Source: Leptogorgia sarmentosa (lineage: Eukaryota). Taken from it: 64,000 nucleotides of DNA. A program made the translations under genes and the position numbers. Below the pieces are notes generated by a model. It did not search any database and was not told where the DNA came from. It saw nothing but the letters and a program-made list of their open reading frames with translations. Below are positions 38,914 through 50,706 of the stretch, one piece after another. The first letter of the stretch is position 1; every line of letters starts with the position of its first letter. The DNA is taken from positions 2,232,001-2,296,000 of the forward strand of contig OZ210885.1 of the NCBI GenBank assembly GCA_964658305.1, in the 5' to 3' direction.

Positions 38914-40520
38914 TATTTGATGGTCCAAAATTGTGGACCATCAAATACTTCTTAGAAAACTTAGGTCATACGGCGTTACAGGGCGCCTCCTCGACTGGTT
39001 TCGTGATTATTTAAGCGGACGTATCCAAAGAGTTGTTGTGGATGGCGTCCCATCAAGTTGGGTTCCTGTTACCTCTGGCGTACCACAGGGAAGTATCTTG
39101 GGTCCGATACTTTTCGCTGTCTTCATAAACGATCTTCCAGAAGTAATACCCGATGGTTCTTCGGAAGCTATTTACGCTGATGACACAAAGCTGTATAGGA
39201 ACATTAACTCTACTACTGACGGTGACTGCCTGCAAGAATCCTTGTTCAACCTTAATAATATATGGAGTCGCGAAAATAACATGAAATTCAACGCATCGAA
39301 ATGTAAGGTTTTGAGTGTGACTCGAAAGAAGAACCCCGTGACATACAACTATCATCTAGGCTCATCCTGTTTGCTTCGCGTTCAGAAAGAGAAAGATCTA
39401 GGCATTATCGTGACAGAAAACCTTTTATGGAACACTCATATTGAAATGATAACAGCTAAAGCTAACAAGATGCTTGGTCTTATAAGGAGAACTTGTCCAT
39501 TGTTGACGGAAACCAAACTCCGCCGTTCATTATACCTTTCGCTTGTTAAGTCACAGTTATGCTATGGTACTGAAATTTGGTCACCCTCTAATGTCTCGCT
39601 CAAAATCAAGATCGAAAGAATACAACGACGTGCGACAAGATGGATCCTAAGATCAAGAGTAGGTGAAGTTTCCTACAACGAGAGGCTTCAGACTCTGGAC
39701 ATGTTGCCGTTGTGTTATGCCAGAGAAATTCAAGACTTGGTCTTCTTCTACAAGGCATTATATGGTTACGTAGACGTAGATATAAACAGTTATGTTTCTT
39801 TTATAAATCATGATCGTTCTCGACAAACTTTAAATCCTAGTCTATTACTTCAAGTGCCGCTATGTAGAACAACAACATTCAAAAACTCTTACTTTAATCG
39901 AACAGTTCATTTGTGGAACTCAGTATGCAGAACTGCTTTGCCTAATAACTTCTGGACATTATCTAGTTTTAAGAACTTTCTTCATCGGACCTATTCGTTA
40001 TTACGTAATTCAGTTTTTGAGGTAGACATGCCATGTACATGGTCTCTTGTTCGTGACTGCCCATGTCACAGATAATAAAATAATGTAAAGTTCTCTATTT
40101 CCGAAGTAAAGCTTGTTTTGCAATGCCCAACTCGCATGTTTCCAAACCAAGTTTTATCTTTATTTTTTATTTTTCCTCCTATTTTTTTCTTTTTTCTCTA
40201 GACAGAACTTTTAAACAATTTCAATTTTCTATTTGCGAGATGCGTTGTGGGCTTATCAAACCGAGCTTTACTCCAACTATTGTTTTTTGTGTGTATGTAT
40301 ATATGTGTATGTATGTGTGTATATATGTGTGTATATATATGTATGTGTGTGTGTGTGTATGTGTGTGTGTATATATATATATATATAATTATAGTAATGT
40401 AAATAATTTTGTTAGTTAATAAGGGGAGTGCCTCGCATGGGCTTTTTTGACCCGTTCGCACTTTTCCTTTTGGAATTATCTATTTATTAATATTGCCAAT
40501 AAAGTTGATATAATAACATA
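38914..40520 (+). mobile_element. 5'-truncated non-LTR retrotransposon (CR1/L2/jockey-group RT), ORF 38933-40075
   Basis: SGVPQGSILGPILF, YADDTKL, FNASKCKVL, EKDLGI and IERIQRRATR motifs. 3' UTR with TG/TA microsatellite and AATAAA near 40498. Confidence 0.92.
40286..40388. repeat. Mixed (TG)n/(TA)n microsatellite in the LINE 3' UTR
   Basis: Seen directly. Confidence 0.95.
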
Positions 40521-41208
40521 AAGGATATAATTAATATACAACACGAAATCACAGATGTTCACAAGTGCCGAGCGGGGCTTAATTGCTGCCGACCGAAGGG
40601 AGGCAGCACACTATTCTTGAGGTGGTAACTCGTGCCCAGACCTCCGCGGAGTTATGTATGGTAGTCGTCGAAAATCGAGATTTGTTTCGTGACGTAGCAA
40701 TTTTATGACGTAAATCAAAAGAAAAGGTCAGCGGGTACTGGATAGACCAAATCACGATGACGGAGTACTATTTTTGAAAGTTTTCGAAATTCGTAGCTGT
40801 TCGAAGTTTTCCTGCGATCTTCATATACTATCAGACCATAAATGTCAGGGGGAGTTGTAGTCATATTAATATCCAAAATTATGGCAAATATTGTCAGTAG
40901 ATTTCGAATTCAGAGGTATTTCTCTTTAGGTATATTGCCCAATATTGGCGTGAGTTCATATTGTTCTCACTGGACACAATATACGCACTGAATCGCATTT
41001 TCAATTATTATGTTGAGCTTGCGATTAAAAAACGAGATATGAACATGGTAAACTTAGTCGGTAATAATTTTCACTTCGTATGATTGTATCACACTATCAC
41101 GAAGGCTGTCACACGCGTGCTTTCTCAATACTCGGGTATATCACATTTCGCTTCATGTCATGTGTCACAAAAAATGTATCTTGCCCAGGCTTTTTAAAAA
41201 CTCGGATA

Positions 41209-41616
41209 CCGTATTTACTCGTTTGAGCGCCGCCCCCGATTGAGCGCCGCCCTCAAATGAGCGCCGCATTTCAGCTCAAATTTGTTTAAAGAGCGCCGCC
41301 CCCGGATGAGCGCCGCACTAAAAATTTTGAAATGTGGCGCTTAACCGATGCACTGTCAGAATCGTTAAAGAAGCGAATAAAAAACAACAACAACTTAAAT
41401 CAACCTCGGAAATTTATTTTCTTGTATTAGAATGCTTTATAATTCAAAGTGAGCGTACTCTGAAGCTCTTTTACACTCATATTTCATTGTAAAAAGTTGT
41501 TGTTATATTTCACAAATAAAATATTTTTTAAAGAGCGCCGCCCCCGATTAAGCGTCGCCCCCGAATGAGCTCTCAAAATTTAAAGAGCGCCGCGGCGCTC
41601 AAACGAGTAAATACGG
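41209..41616. mobile_element. Pogo/Tc1-like MITE
   Basis: TIR ccgtatttactcgtttgagcgccgc; TA TSD; internal GAGCGCCGC repeats. Confidence 0.85.
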
Positions 41617-42814
41617 TACATTACATTGCGTGATTATTTTGACTTCGTATCATCGTATCATGATGACAGGTAAAGGCTATTTCAGATCCACGGAAGCACC
41701 TTGTATCCAGTCCTTATTACCTATGTCTCTGTGTTAATATAAAACTGTTTGCTTCCGGTGATTCCGAAGAGTCTGTTGTTGGCGCGTTTGGCAAGGGCGC
41801 TAGTGTGAAAATTACGTGGGCGCCGTTTGTGAAAATTACGTGCCAAAGTAAGTGGGCGCTTCAGTGGATACGGCAGCACTTTCCTTGCGATAGTAACTCC
41901 TAGTATATTTATATTGTCAGCACTGTTCGAATGACAATCAAAATACGTCACTGTCTGATGTGACGTACTTCCTGTAACTTTAACATATTGATAGTGCTAA
42001 TCAGAATACGTCATTGTATCTGTGACGTACTGTAACTTTAACATAACAATATGAACTAGAAGTTACTATGGCAAGCAAAGTGCTGCCGTATCCACTGAAG
42101 CACCCACTTACTTTGGCACGTAATTTTTACAAAATAAACAAGTCCCAAACCATAAATCTAACCCTAACCATAGCATCCTAACCCAAACCACTAAAAACAA
42201 TTTGAGAAAGCAAATCAGATAAATCTCTGCCCTCTGACCTTTTTAAAATTATAATATATACATCGTGCTGAACAAATGATCTTAAATGAGTTAAATCATA
42301 AAGTGCGCGCTACTTCTGCGTCGTAATAAAATATCCAGTTTACTTACAGTATCAGGCCAACGTTGGATTTACTTTTGTATGCCTATATGTGGTTTAGTTC
42401 TTTTAGTATCGAAAATTCTGTAAATCCCCGGTATGTCCCGTAAACAAACAACTCAAGCTTAGTGATGCCGTCGACTCTTTTCATACCAGTGTTGTCGAGC
42501 AAGCAACAAAGAGCAACCGGCTGAGTTTAATTGTAGTAAATTATTCTTTTGCATCAGGAGTACATTAGTAAATGAATGGCAATACCGCGAGGCGACGAAG
42601 AGTAGGAGATGGCGAAAACAAACACGAAAGCTATAAATGCGAAAGCACGCAAATATGTTGCCTATCATCAACCGATTTAAAATTATGGCTATCTTGTTGT
42701 GACGAGTTCTACTGTGTTACACATCTGAGTTTGCCCGCTGTTTACGAATTGCGATGGCGATGTCGGCCAGCAAATGAGCAAAACCTCGAACAGCTAGGAA
42801 TTTCGAAAACATCC

Positions 42815-45494
42815 AAAAATAGGTACACAAAGTTACATGTATAAAACCGGTTTTATTACAAGCTACGAAATCTATTTTCCTGGGATTGAATGTTTCAACC
42901 ATTCCGTATGGCGAAGCGTCAAAATATAGTAGATATTCCGTGGTCACAATGACACCGCGGGCAATCCAAACATGTACAGTGTGTCAGTGCAACAGCGCCG
43001 ACACGCTAAAGTATCGTAGGGAAAATATACGCGCTATTGTGTCAAGACATTAAACTCTTTCATAACCTTAAATATTCGCTGTGTTCAATTGTATAAATTG
43101 CGTCATGATATTTTTGCTTTGATGATCTAAATTGCATAGCGAACGCGAACCTCTTAATATCTTTAAAAGCAATGCCAATGTAAAATAGTGTTCTAAACGG
43201 CGTAAACGCTCATAAATTAACCTCTATTTCACTGAAGTCACTCGTCGCTGCGAACATTATATTTTCTTTTTATCTGGATATTCATGCGAAACAAAATCCA
43301 CGATCAAACACATCACCACTCTTTAGCTCGCGCCTATATCAGCTGCCATTTTGTAATATTTAGCCCGCAAGAACTGCTTTGCACACCTTCACGTTGGTTC
43401 CCTTAAATTTGGCGGGTGGGCTCAGTGAGAATTACGTCATCTCAATGTTACGTTGTCGCCTATTGGCTAAATTTAACTAACGAATTCGCTGATTGGCTGC
43501 AAGTTAACAGCTAACAACTAACAGCTAACAGCTAACAACACGATAGCAATATATCTGCGTCACTACGTCACGCAGAAACAAAAATAGGTACACAAAGTGT
43601 ACATGTATCTGCGCCTATGTAGCTTGATGATCAAGTCTTATTTGTTTTCAGCTTTTCGATACACGCATCTTATCTGTCTCTAATACGCGATCTTGCATGT
43701 ATAAAATGGTTTACTGCTGGGGAATAGGCGAATAGCGCAAATACTAATTCCTTTCAAGACGTGAAGTTGTGCGGAGACGTATTCAATACTTGATATAAGC
43801 TTTCATGACTATCTCGCATTCCGGAATTCCCGCGATCATATATCAAATTGCATAAGGAATTGAAACTTGACGACATATGATATCGCATTTTATGTTATTG
43901 CGTCTTTAAAATAGACACAGCGCTTTGCGATTGTTTGTGAAAAGTGTGGCTCTCTAAAAACCAAATTTACCCTTTTCAATACCGTATCATAATAATATAT
44001 TCATATACAATATATTCCGTCCGTTCATGCGCATTTGCGTAGACGCTAAAGTGTATATGTATGATCGGTATGCGCATTGCGCGTAGGTTCAAAACAGAAT
44101 ACTTGAAACTATATATGATTTCGTTTGTTTTGTCTCGCGCTTAATAAACGCACAAACCCATTTTATTACAAGCTACGAAATCTATTTTCCTGGGATTGAA
44201 TGTTTCAACCATTCTGTATGGCGATGCGTCAAAATATAGCAGATATTCCGTGGTCACAATGGCACCGCGGGCAATCCAAACATGAACAGTGTGCGCTAAA
44301 GTATCGTAGGGAAAATATACGCGCTATTGTGTCAAGACATTAAACTCTTTCATAACCTTAGATATTCGCTGTGTTCAATTGTATAAATTGCGTCATGATA
44401 TTTTTGCTTTGATGATCTAAATTGCATAGCGAACGCGAACCTCTTTCAATAAATATCTTTAAAAGCAATGCCAATGTCTGCAATTTACGTCATGATATTT
44501 TTGCGTAAAAATTTCCTTAGTATAAATAGTGTTCTAAACGGCGTAAACGCTCATAAATTAACCTCTATTTCAGTGAAGTCACTCGTCGCTGCGGTATGCG
44601 CATTGCGCGTAGGTTCAAAACAGAATACTTGAAACTATATATGATTTCGTTTGTTTTGTCTCGCGCTTAATAAACGCACAAACCCGTTTTATTACAAGCT
44701 ACGAAATCTATTTTCCTGGGATTGAATGTTTCAACGATTCCGTATGGCGAAGCGTGAAAATATAGTAGATATTCCGTGATCACAATGACACCGCGGGCAA
44801 TCCAAACATGAACAGTGTGTCAGCGCGACAGTGCCGACACGCTAAAGTATCGTAGGGAAAATATACGCGCTATTGTGTCAAGACATTAAACTCTTTCATA
44901 ACCTTAAATATTCGCTGTGTTCAATTGTATAAATTGCGTCATGATATTTTTGCTTTGATGATCTAAATTGCATAGCGAACGCGAACCTCTTCAATTAATA
45001 TCTTTAAAAGCAATGCCAATGTCTGCAATTTGCGTCATGATATTTTTGCGTATAAATTTCCTTAGTATAAATAGTGTTCTAAACGGCGTAAACGCTCATA
45101 AATTAACCTCTATTTCAGTGAAGTCACTCGTCGCTGCGGCCATTATATTTTCTTTTTATCTGGATATTCATGGGAAACAAAATCCACGATCAAACAAACA
45201 AACAGATCACCACTCTTTAGCCTCGCGCCTATATCAGCCGCCATTTTGTAATATTTAGCCCGCAAGAACTGCTTTGCACACCTCCACGTTGGTTCCCTTA
45301 AATTTGCGGGTTGGCTCAGTGAAAATTACGTCAGTGAAAATTACGTCATTGTCGCCTATTGGCTAAATTTAACTAACGAATTCGCTGATTGGCTGCAAGT
45401 TAACAGCTAACAACTAACAGCTAACAGCTAACAACTAACAGCTAACAACTCAATTGCAATATATCTGCGTCACTACGTCACCCAGATACAAAAA
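42815..45494 (-). mobile_element. Two head-to-tail HINE/DINE-like copies, family 2 (junction ~43580-43585); the second has an internal ~530-bp tandem duplication (44066-44591 / 44592-45138)
   Basis: Minus strand reads T-run, gtatctg(c/g)g...cgcagata, (gttag(c/t)t)n, core, cgcagatac, perfect hairpin gtacac-ttt-gtgtac, T-run. A core fragment also lies at ~62047-62122. Confidence 0.72.
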
Positions 45495-45913
45495 TAGTCC
45501 TCGTGAGTTGGTCTGTCCAGTACCCGCTGATCTCTCGATTTACGTCATAAAATTGCCTACGTCACGAAACAAATCGAGATTTTGGACGACTAACATACAT
45601 AACTCCGTGGAGAGGTCTGGACACAAGTTACCACCGCAAGAATAGTATGCTGCCTCCCTTCGGTCGGCAGCAATAACAATGTCGAAAACTGTGGCGCTCA
45701 AGCTACAGTTTTCGTCAAAACAAAACAAACATGGCGGCCACGCTAAACAAAGTAAAAATTGTCTTCGAGTCGAAAATATAGCTTTTATCTTTTTCCTATG
45801 ACGGAAAAAACTTTATCTCAAACAAGACTAACAAAAGTTACTTTGAGCTCTTTGGAATACTCACTCGTGCGCGTTAACTCCAAATTGCACTCGAAACCAT
45901 ACTATTACCTATA

Positions 45914-47568
45914 CACCGTTTGTTACTCATAAAGATAAAACGAGCTACCGTTTGTATGAACCAGCAACGAATAAAACGTAGGGATATGCATGTGCACGGA
46001 TTGAACATCAAATTGCATGCAACGAGTATTCAATACAAAAATTTGAATATGCATAATCATTCATTATCTTGCAAATATGTTCAATATCAAAAAATAAGCT
46101 TACAATAGCATGCATATAGGACCCATACAAATCTAGAGAATAGACATCAGAGTCAAGAATGTACTCATTATAATGAAAACGTTGTTTATTAACATTGTTA
46201 AACACCAACAAGCGAACAATAAAAGGAATGTTTAATTATTACAATGGTCTTAATTGCCAACTGTGTGTTTGTGATAACAATAGAACACAGATCAAGTTCA
46301 TTTAACACAAATATCATTTCAAGAAAACACTAAATAATACTTGGGATATCACGAAAGAAATGTCATTTCTTGCCCCGAAATTCAACGATTGATGGGGGAT
46401 AGAGACGCGGCAAGAAATCGACAACTACCTTCGGGAAAGTTTCGCACCCATCTTCTCTTGGATGCCCTACAGCGAAATATATAGGTACAATAACTGCAGC
46501 GAAATGCGGGCAGTGGTACCCTTTCATGCAAACCTACATTGCACGCTACTTAAACGGAGAGGCCATTCAGGGATAACGGAAATATGACATTTCCTTCGTG
46601 ATATCCCAAGTATTTTTTAGTGTTTTCTTGAAAAGATATTTGTGTTAGTGTAAGGCCTGTTTCATACGTCGAACTTTAGTCGCGTCGAATGCAATTAAAA
46701 CAATAGATAATGAGATAACTTGCCTCATTATCAGCTCATTATCCTTTGTCTGAATTGCATTCGACGCGACTAAAGTTCGACGTTTGAAACAGGCCTTAAA
46801 TGAACTTGATATGTGTTATATTGTTATTACAAACACACAGTTGGCAATTAAGACCATTGTAACAATTAAACATTCCTTTTATTGTTCGCTTGTTGGCGTT
46901 TAACAATGTTAATAAACAACGTTTTCATTATACAGGGTGTCTAAAAAAAAAGGTAATCCAACTTTGGCATGCCATTGTGCGTTGATTACCGGGTGTACGA
47001 ACGTGATTTTTGCATCGTCATAAAGACCAAGGTCTTAGCTGTTGAATGACATATTTCTTGTACGATATGGAAGAAAATCAGGCAAATGCGAGTGTGTTGA
47101 AAAATCTCGGTGAAAAACGCATTCTTTCACCTCTGAGAATTGCAGCTAAACTTATTCGAAATTAACTCCCTCTGGGACTCGAAGATGACGACCTTCCCTT
47201 CAACAATCGACCTGATTATGCATAATTATTAATAATCCTGATAAGATCTTTGTTGCCATCACACATTCGTGATGAATTGCATTTTTCTTTTGTTATGCAC
47301 TGCTTTAATTAGGCACAGAGGTGAAAGAATGCGTTTTTCACCGAGATTTTCCAACACGCTCGCATTTGCATGCTATTGTAAGCTTATTTTTTTATATTGA
47401 ACATATTTGCAAGATAATGAATGATTATGCATATTCAAATTTTTGTATTGAATACTCGTTGCATGCAATTTGATGTTCAATCCGTGCACATGCATATCCC
47501 TTCCTTTTTATTCGTTGCTGGTTCATACAAACGGTAGCTCGTTTTATCTTTATGAGTAACAAACGGTG
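45914..47568. mobile_element. Large foldback DNA element with nested insertions
   Basis: caccgtttgttactcataaagataaaacgagc and its reverse complement at the right end; TA flanks. Arms continue inward (~46170-46370 vs ~46583-46930). Nested MITE at ~46653-46796 and Tc1-like fragment at ~46933-47368. Confidence 0.85.
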
Positions 47569-47611
47569 TAGTAATTTTGATAAATACGCATTTACTTTAC
47601 CTGTAGCATAT

Positions 47612-47770
47612 AGGCAGCCCAGTGATCTGGGGTTTTATTATGTTAACTAAGGTTGAATAGGGCTATTTCATCATCCTTAGTTGTTTAAATGCGTGCGCCG
47701 ACAATACGGTCACTCGCGTATGTAATTAATAGTTATAATAATTGACAATACCAGATCACTGGGCTGCCTA
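47612..47770. mobile_element. Short MITE
   Basis: taggcagcccagtgatctgg / ccagatcactgggctgccta, TA flanks. Confidence 0.75.
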
Positions 47771-50412
47771 TACCTGTAGTACTGAGAGAGTGTCGTTTTT
47801 GGCATCAGCAATTTATTTCGATATTGATCGTAACTAATCTCCTCCTATTGATTGGTTGAATATATGAATATATTATACCTCAAATTCAAATTGTCCAATG
47901 AAAAAACAGCATTTGTACCACGTGATTTTTTACGGTATTTCACTAAAATTCATGATTTCGCAATCCACCGTGGGGTACTATAATATCCCACGGCAGATCC
48001 ACCGTGGGATATTATAGTATCCCATGCTCACGCGTGACGCGTGGGCAACACGCGCTTAGCATAGCTAATTAGCTATGCAAGATGGCGGGCGAGCAAGACT
48101 CGGACGAAGAAATAAATAGAGTTTTTGAAAACAATGATGCAAAAATGTTTTGTTCGGTATAATATATCATTTATAGACCCTCCGCTCGGGGGATTCGGCG
48201 TAAAGCCCCTCGGAAAATATCATCACTTCGGGAAATATTACGCCGAATCCCCCTCGCTCCGGGTCTATAAATGATAAATATACTATTTCAGCTACGTAGC
48301 ATAAAATATCTTCTTTCTTCGATAAACAACAATAATTCCCTGGTTTGCCGTACGGAACAAATTAAACCATTGCAATATAGGTTTCCATGTATGTATAGGG
48401 TAAAGTATATACTTTCCCACTATATATTCTCGTTCAAGAAATTGGCTGGCTTTAATTCAACAATTAGAGGAATAAATTTCACATGCACTGGTGGGAATGG
48501 AACTTTTGGAATCCTTCTATATTATAGTAATCACACCAGGGGGGCATGCAGATAGATGTTTATCGAAATTAAAATTGACACTGGCGAAAATATTTCCCAA
48601 ACTGATTTCCAAAGTATGTTAGGCCGTTAGCATGGCCTTGCATGGCATATAGCATGTAGATACAGTTATATTACTGCTCAAGAGTCTAAATACAGTCCTA
48701 CTATGACAAAATACATGGACCCTTTTCTTTACTTATATTTGAGATAATATTCCATTCCATTCCCGCTCTTTTTATGAGCGACAAAACGTTTGCATTTATA
48801 CCATGTCTAATATCCTTAGACTAGTCGTTTGATAAAGAAATAGTTATAGATAATGTTACTTATTGTGATGAAACTTGATGAAACGTTGCATATATTGAAT
48901 GTTGTCACATGTAGCTATTCAGACATTTGGGCATGCGCAGTAACTGTACGTGCAGAATTGCCCTTATATAAGCGTTCAACAACATCAAACAAAAGTATAG
49001 ATCGTTAGTTATATTTCGCAACTAACAATGAAACATATGAAAGCAACTTCATAATATCCAACTAACCGTGTCTACAATATGCGTAGTGTTTGTCTTCGTT
49101 GTACATCTTTCTTCTAATCGTATCAAATATTAAAATAATACTCTAACTGTACTGAACTATATACTCTGACTGTATCAAATATTAAAATAATTTAATATTA
49201 AAGCTAATAAACTGAATAAAGGAAGAATTTCATTCACACGAAAGAATGAACTTGTCAAGTAAAAATTGCACGTCCATCTGTGCTGGGCATGCGCAATTTG
49301 GTTTTCAGATAATAATCTGTTGTGACTGTGTTTCCAAGATGTGCGGAACGTTGACAGATAAATCAATTATTGTACGCGGTATCGATCTTTGCATTATATG
49401 CTGTAACACATTTTCGGTTCACAAGATTTTGTCTTACCAGCATTCAACTCGTTCGGGATAAAAAACCGGCCAGGATCAGGCAGCGGGAATTAGTCAGAGC
49501 GAAAATTTTCAGTTATTTCGCGCGGGTTGTTTTTGACAAAAAAATTGGCGATTCCACCTTTTAAGTTATCCTGTGAGGAGGTGATGGGAAGTAAGGTATC
49601 ATATCTTTATATCAGCCAATCATAAGTATATTATAATTAAATGAGACCTCAATTCCCATCATCCCCTGCATTTTAAGCTAAAAGCTGGAATTGCCCATTA
49701 CGCGTGGAGGCTAGTAAAAATATCGAAGTTTATTACGTTTATTTTGCATTTATTGAGTTAGTTTCGATTTTTTGGCGATAGTTTTGAGGCAGTGTATCAG
49801 AAAGTTGTCAACCTTATAAATAATATAATTCATACATTACGTACGTCACATGCGTGCGTGAAATATACGAAACTGGATGGATGTTTTTATTCATATATTA
49901 TTTCGCAAGCTACGACATATACAAAGGAATACCAACAACTCTTGGGATACTAGGGTTAAATTGTGACAACGATCATCAAAACTTACGTCAGGGTCAAACA
50001 TGAAATATCTTCCTTGATCGCTGACGCTGTTCTTATTTTGAATGTTTGTGTGAAGTAGGATGAATTATTTTGGCTTACCTTTATACATATACTTTAATGT
50101 GCTCCAAATTGGAGCTACTTAAAATCCAAGACATCAGGGCAACTTGAAAGAGAGATAAAAGACAAGCGTTAGTCGACATGCACTCATGTTATATAGACAA
50201 TATTAAGAGAAACAATAAAAATTTACTATGCTGTGTTTACAAATGAAACTCGCGAACTATATATCAGTATCAAACTATAATTATATCAATTCATTCTGTC
50301 TGATGATGATTTTGAAATAAAGTTGAAAATTTAAGTTTCAAGTGTTGCTGAACTGATAATAATGCTGTTATGATGTTATGATGTACTCAGGTGCAGAATG
50401 TTATTGTGATGT

Positions 50413-50619
50413 AGGCCTACTCTGGGGTCTAAACTCGCCGCGACTGAGTTTAGGCAGGTAGAAGCGAGTTAAGGCGAGTTAAGGGAAAATCATGCTATGT
50501 ATAGCTGGTGAGAGTTTGTGCGAGTTAAGGCGAGTTTAGGCGAGTCAAGGGTAAAAGATCATTTCAATATGCTGCGAGTTTAGGCGAGTCTGGGCGAGTT
50601 TAGACCCCAGAGTAGGCCT
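50413..50619. mobile_element. MITE with internal GGCGAGTT repeats
   Basis: TIR aggcctactctggggtctaaactcgcc; related half-element at ~52150. Confidence 0.8.
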
Positions 50620-50637
50620 TGGTGTTACTCTGAGTAT

Positions 50638-50706
50638 ACCGGGCAGGCTGAAAAATGTCCCGGGCCTCGAGCACGAATCGAACCCGCGACCTTTGGTTTG
50701 CTAGTC
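50638..50706 (-). mobile_element. tRNA-derived SINE fragment
   Basis: Minus strand aggtcgcgGGTTCGATTC (B-box/T-arm-like) followed by non-tRNA sequence; no complete cloverleaf. Confidence 0.5.

Larger units (their letters stand above)
40583..45673. mobile_element. ~5.1-kb composite bounded by ~175-bp inverted repeats with TAA flanks
   Basis: ttgctgccgaccgaagggaggcagca...cagcgggtactggatagaccaa is mirrored at ~45502-45673. Contains a pogo-like MITE and a HINE array. Confidence 0.7.
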
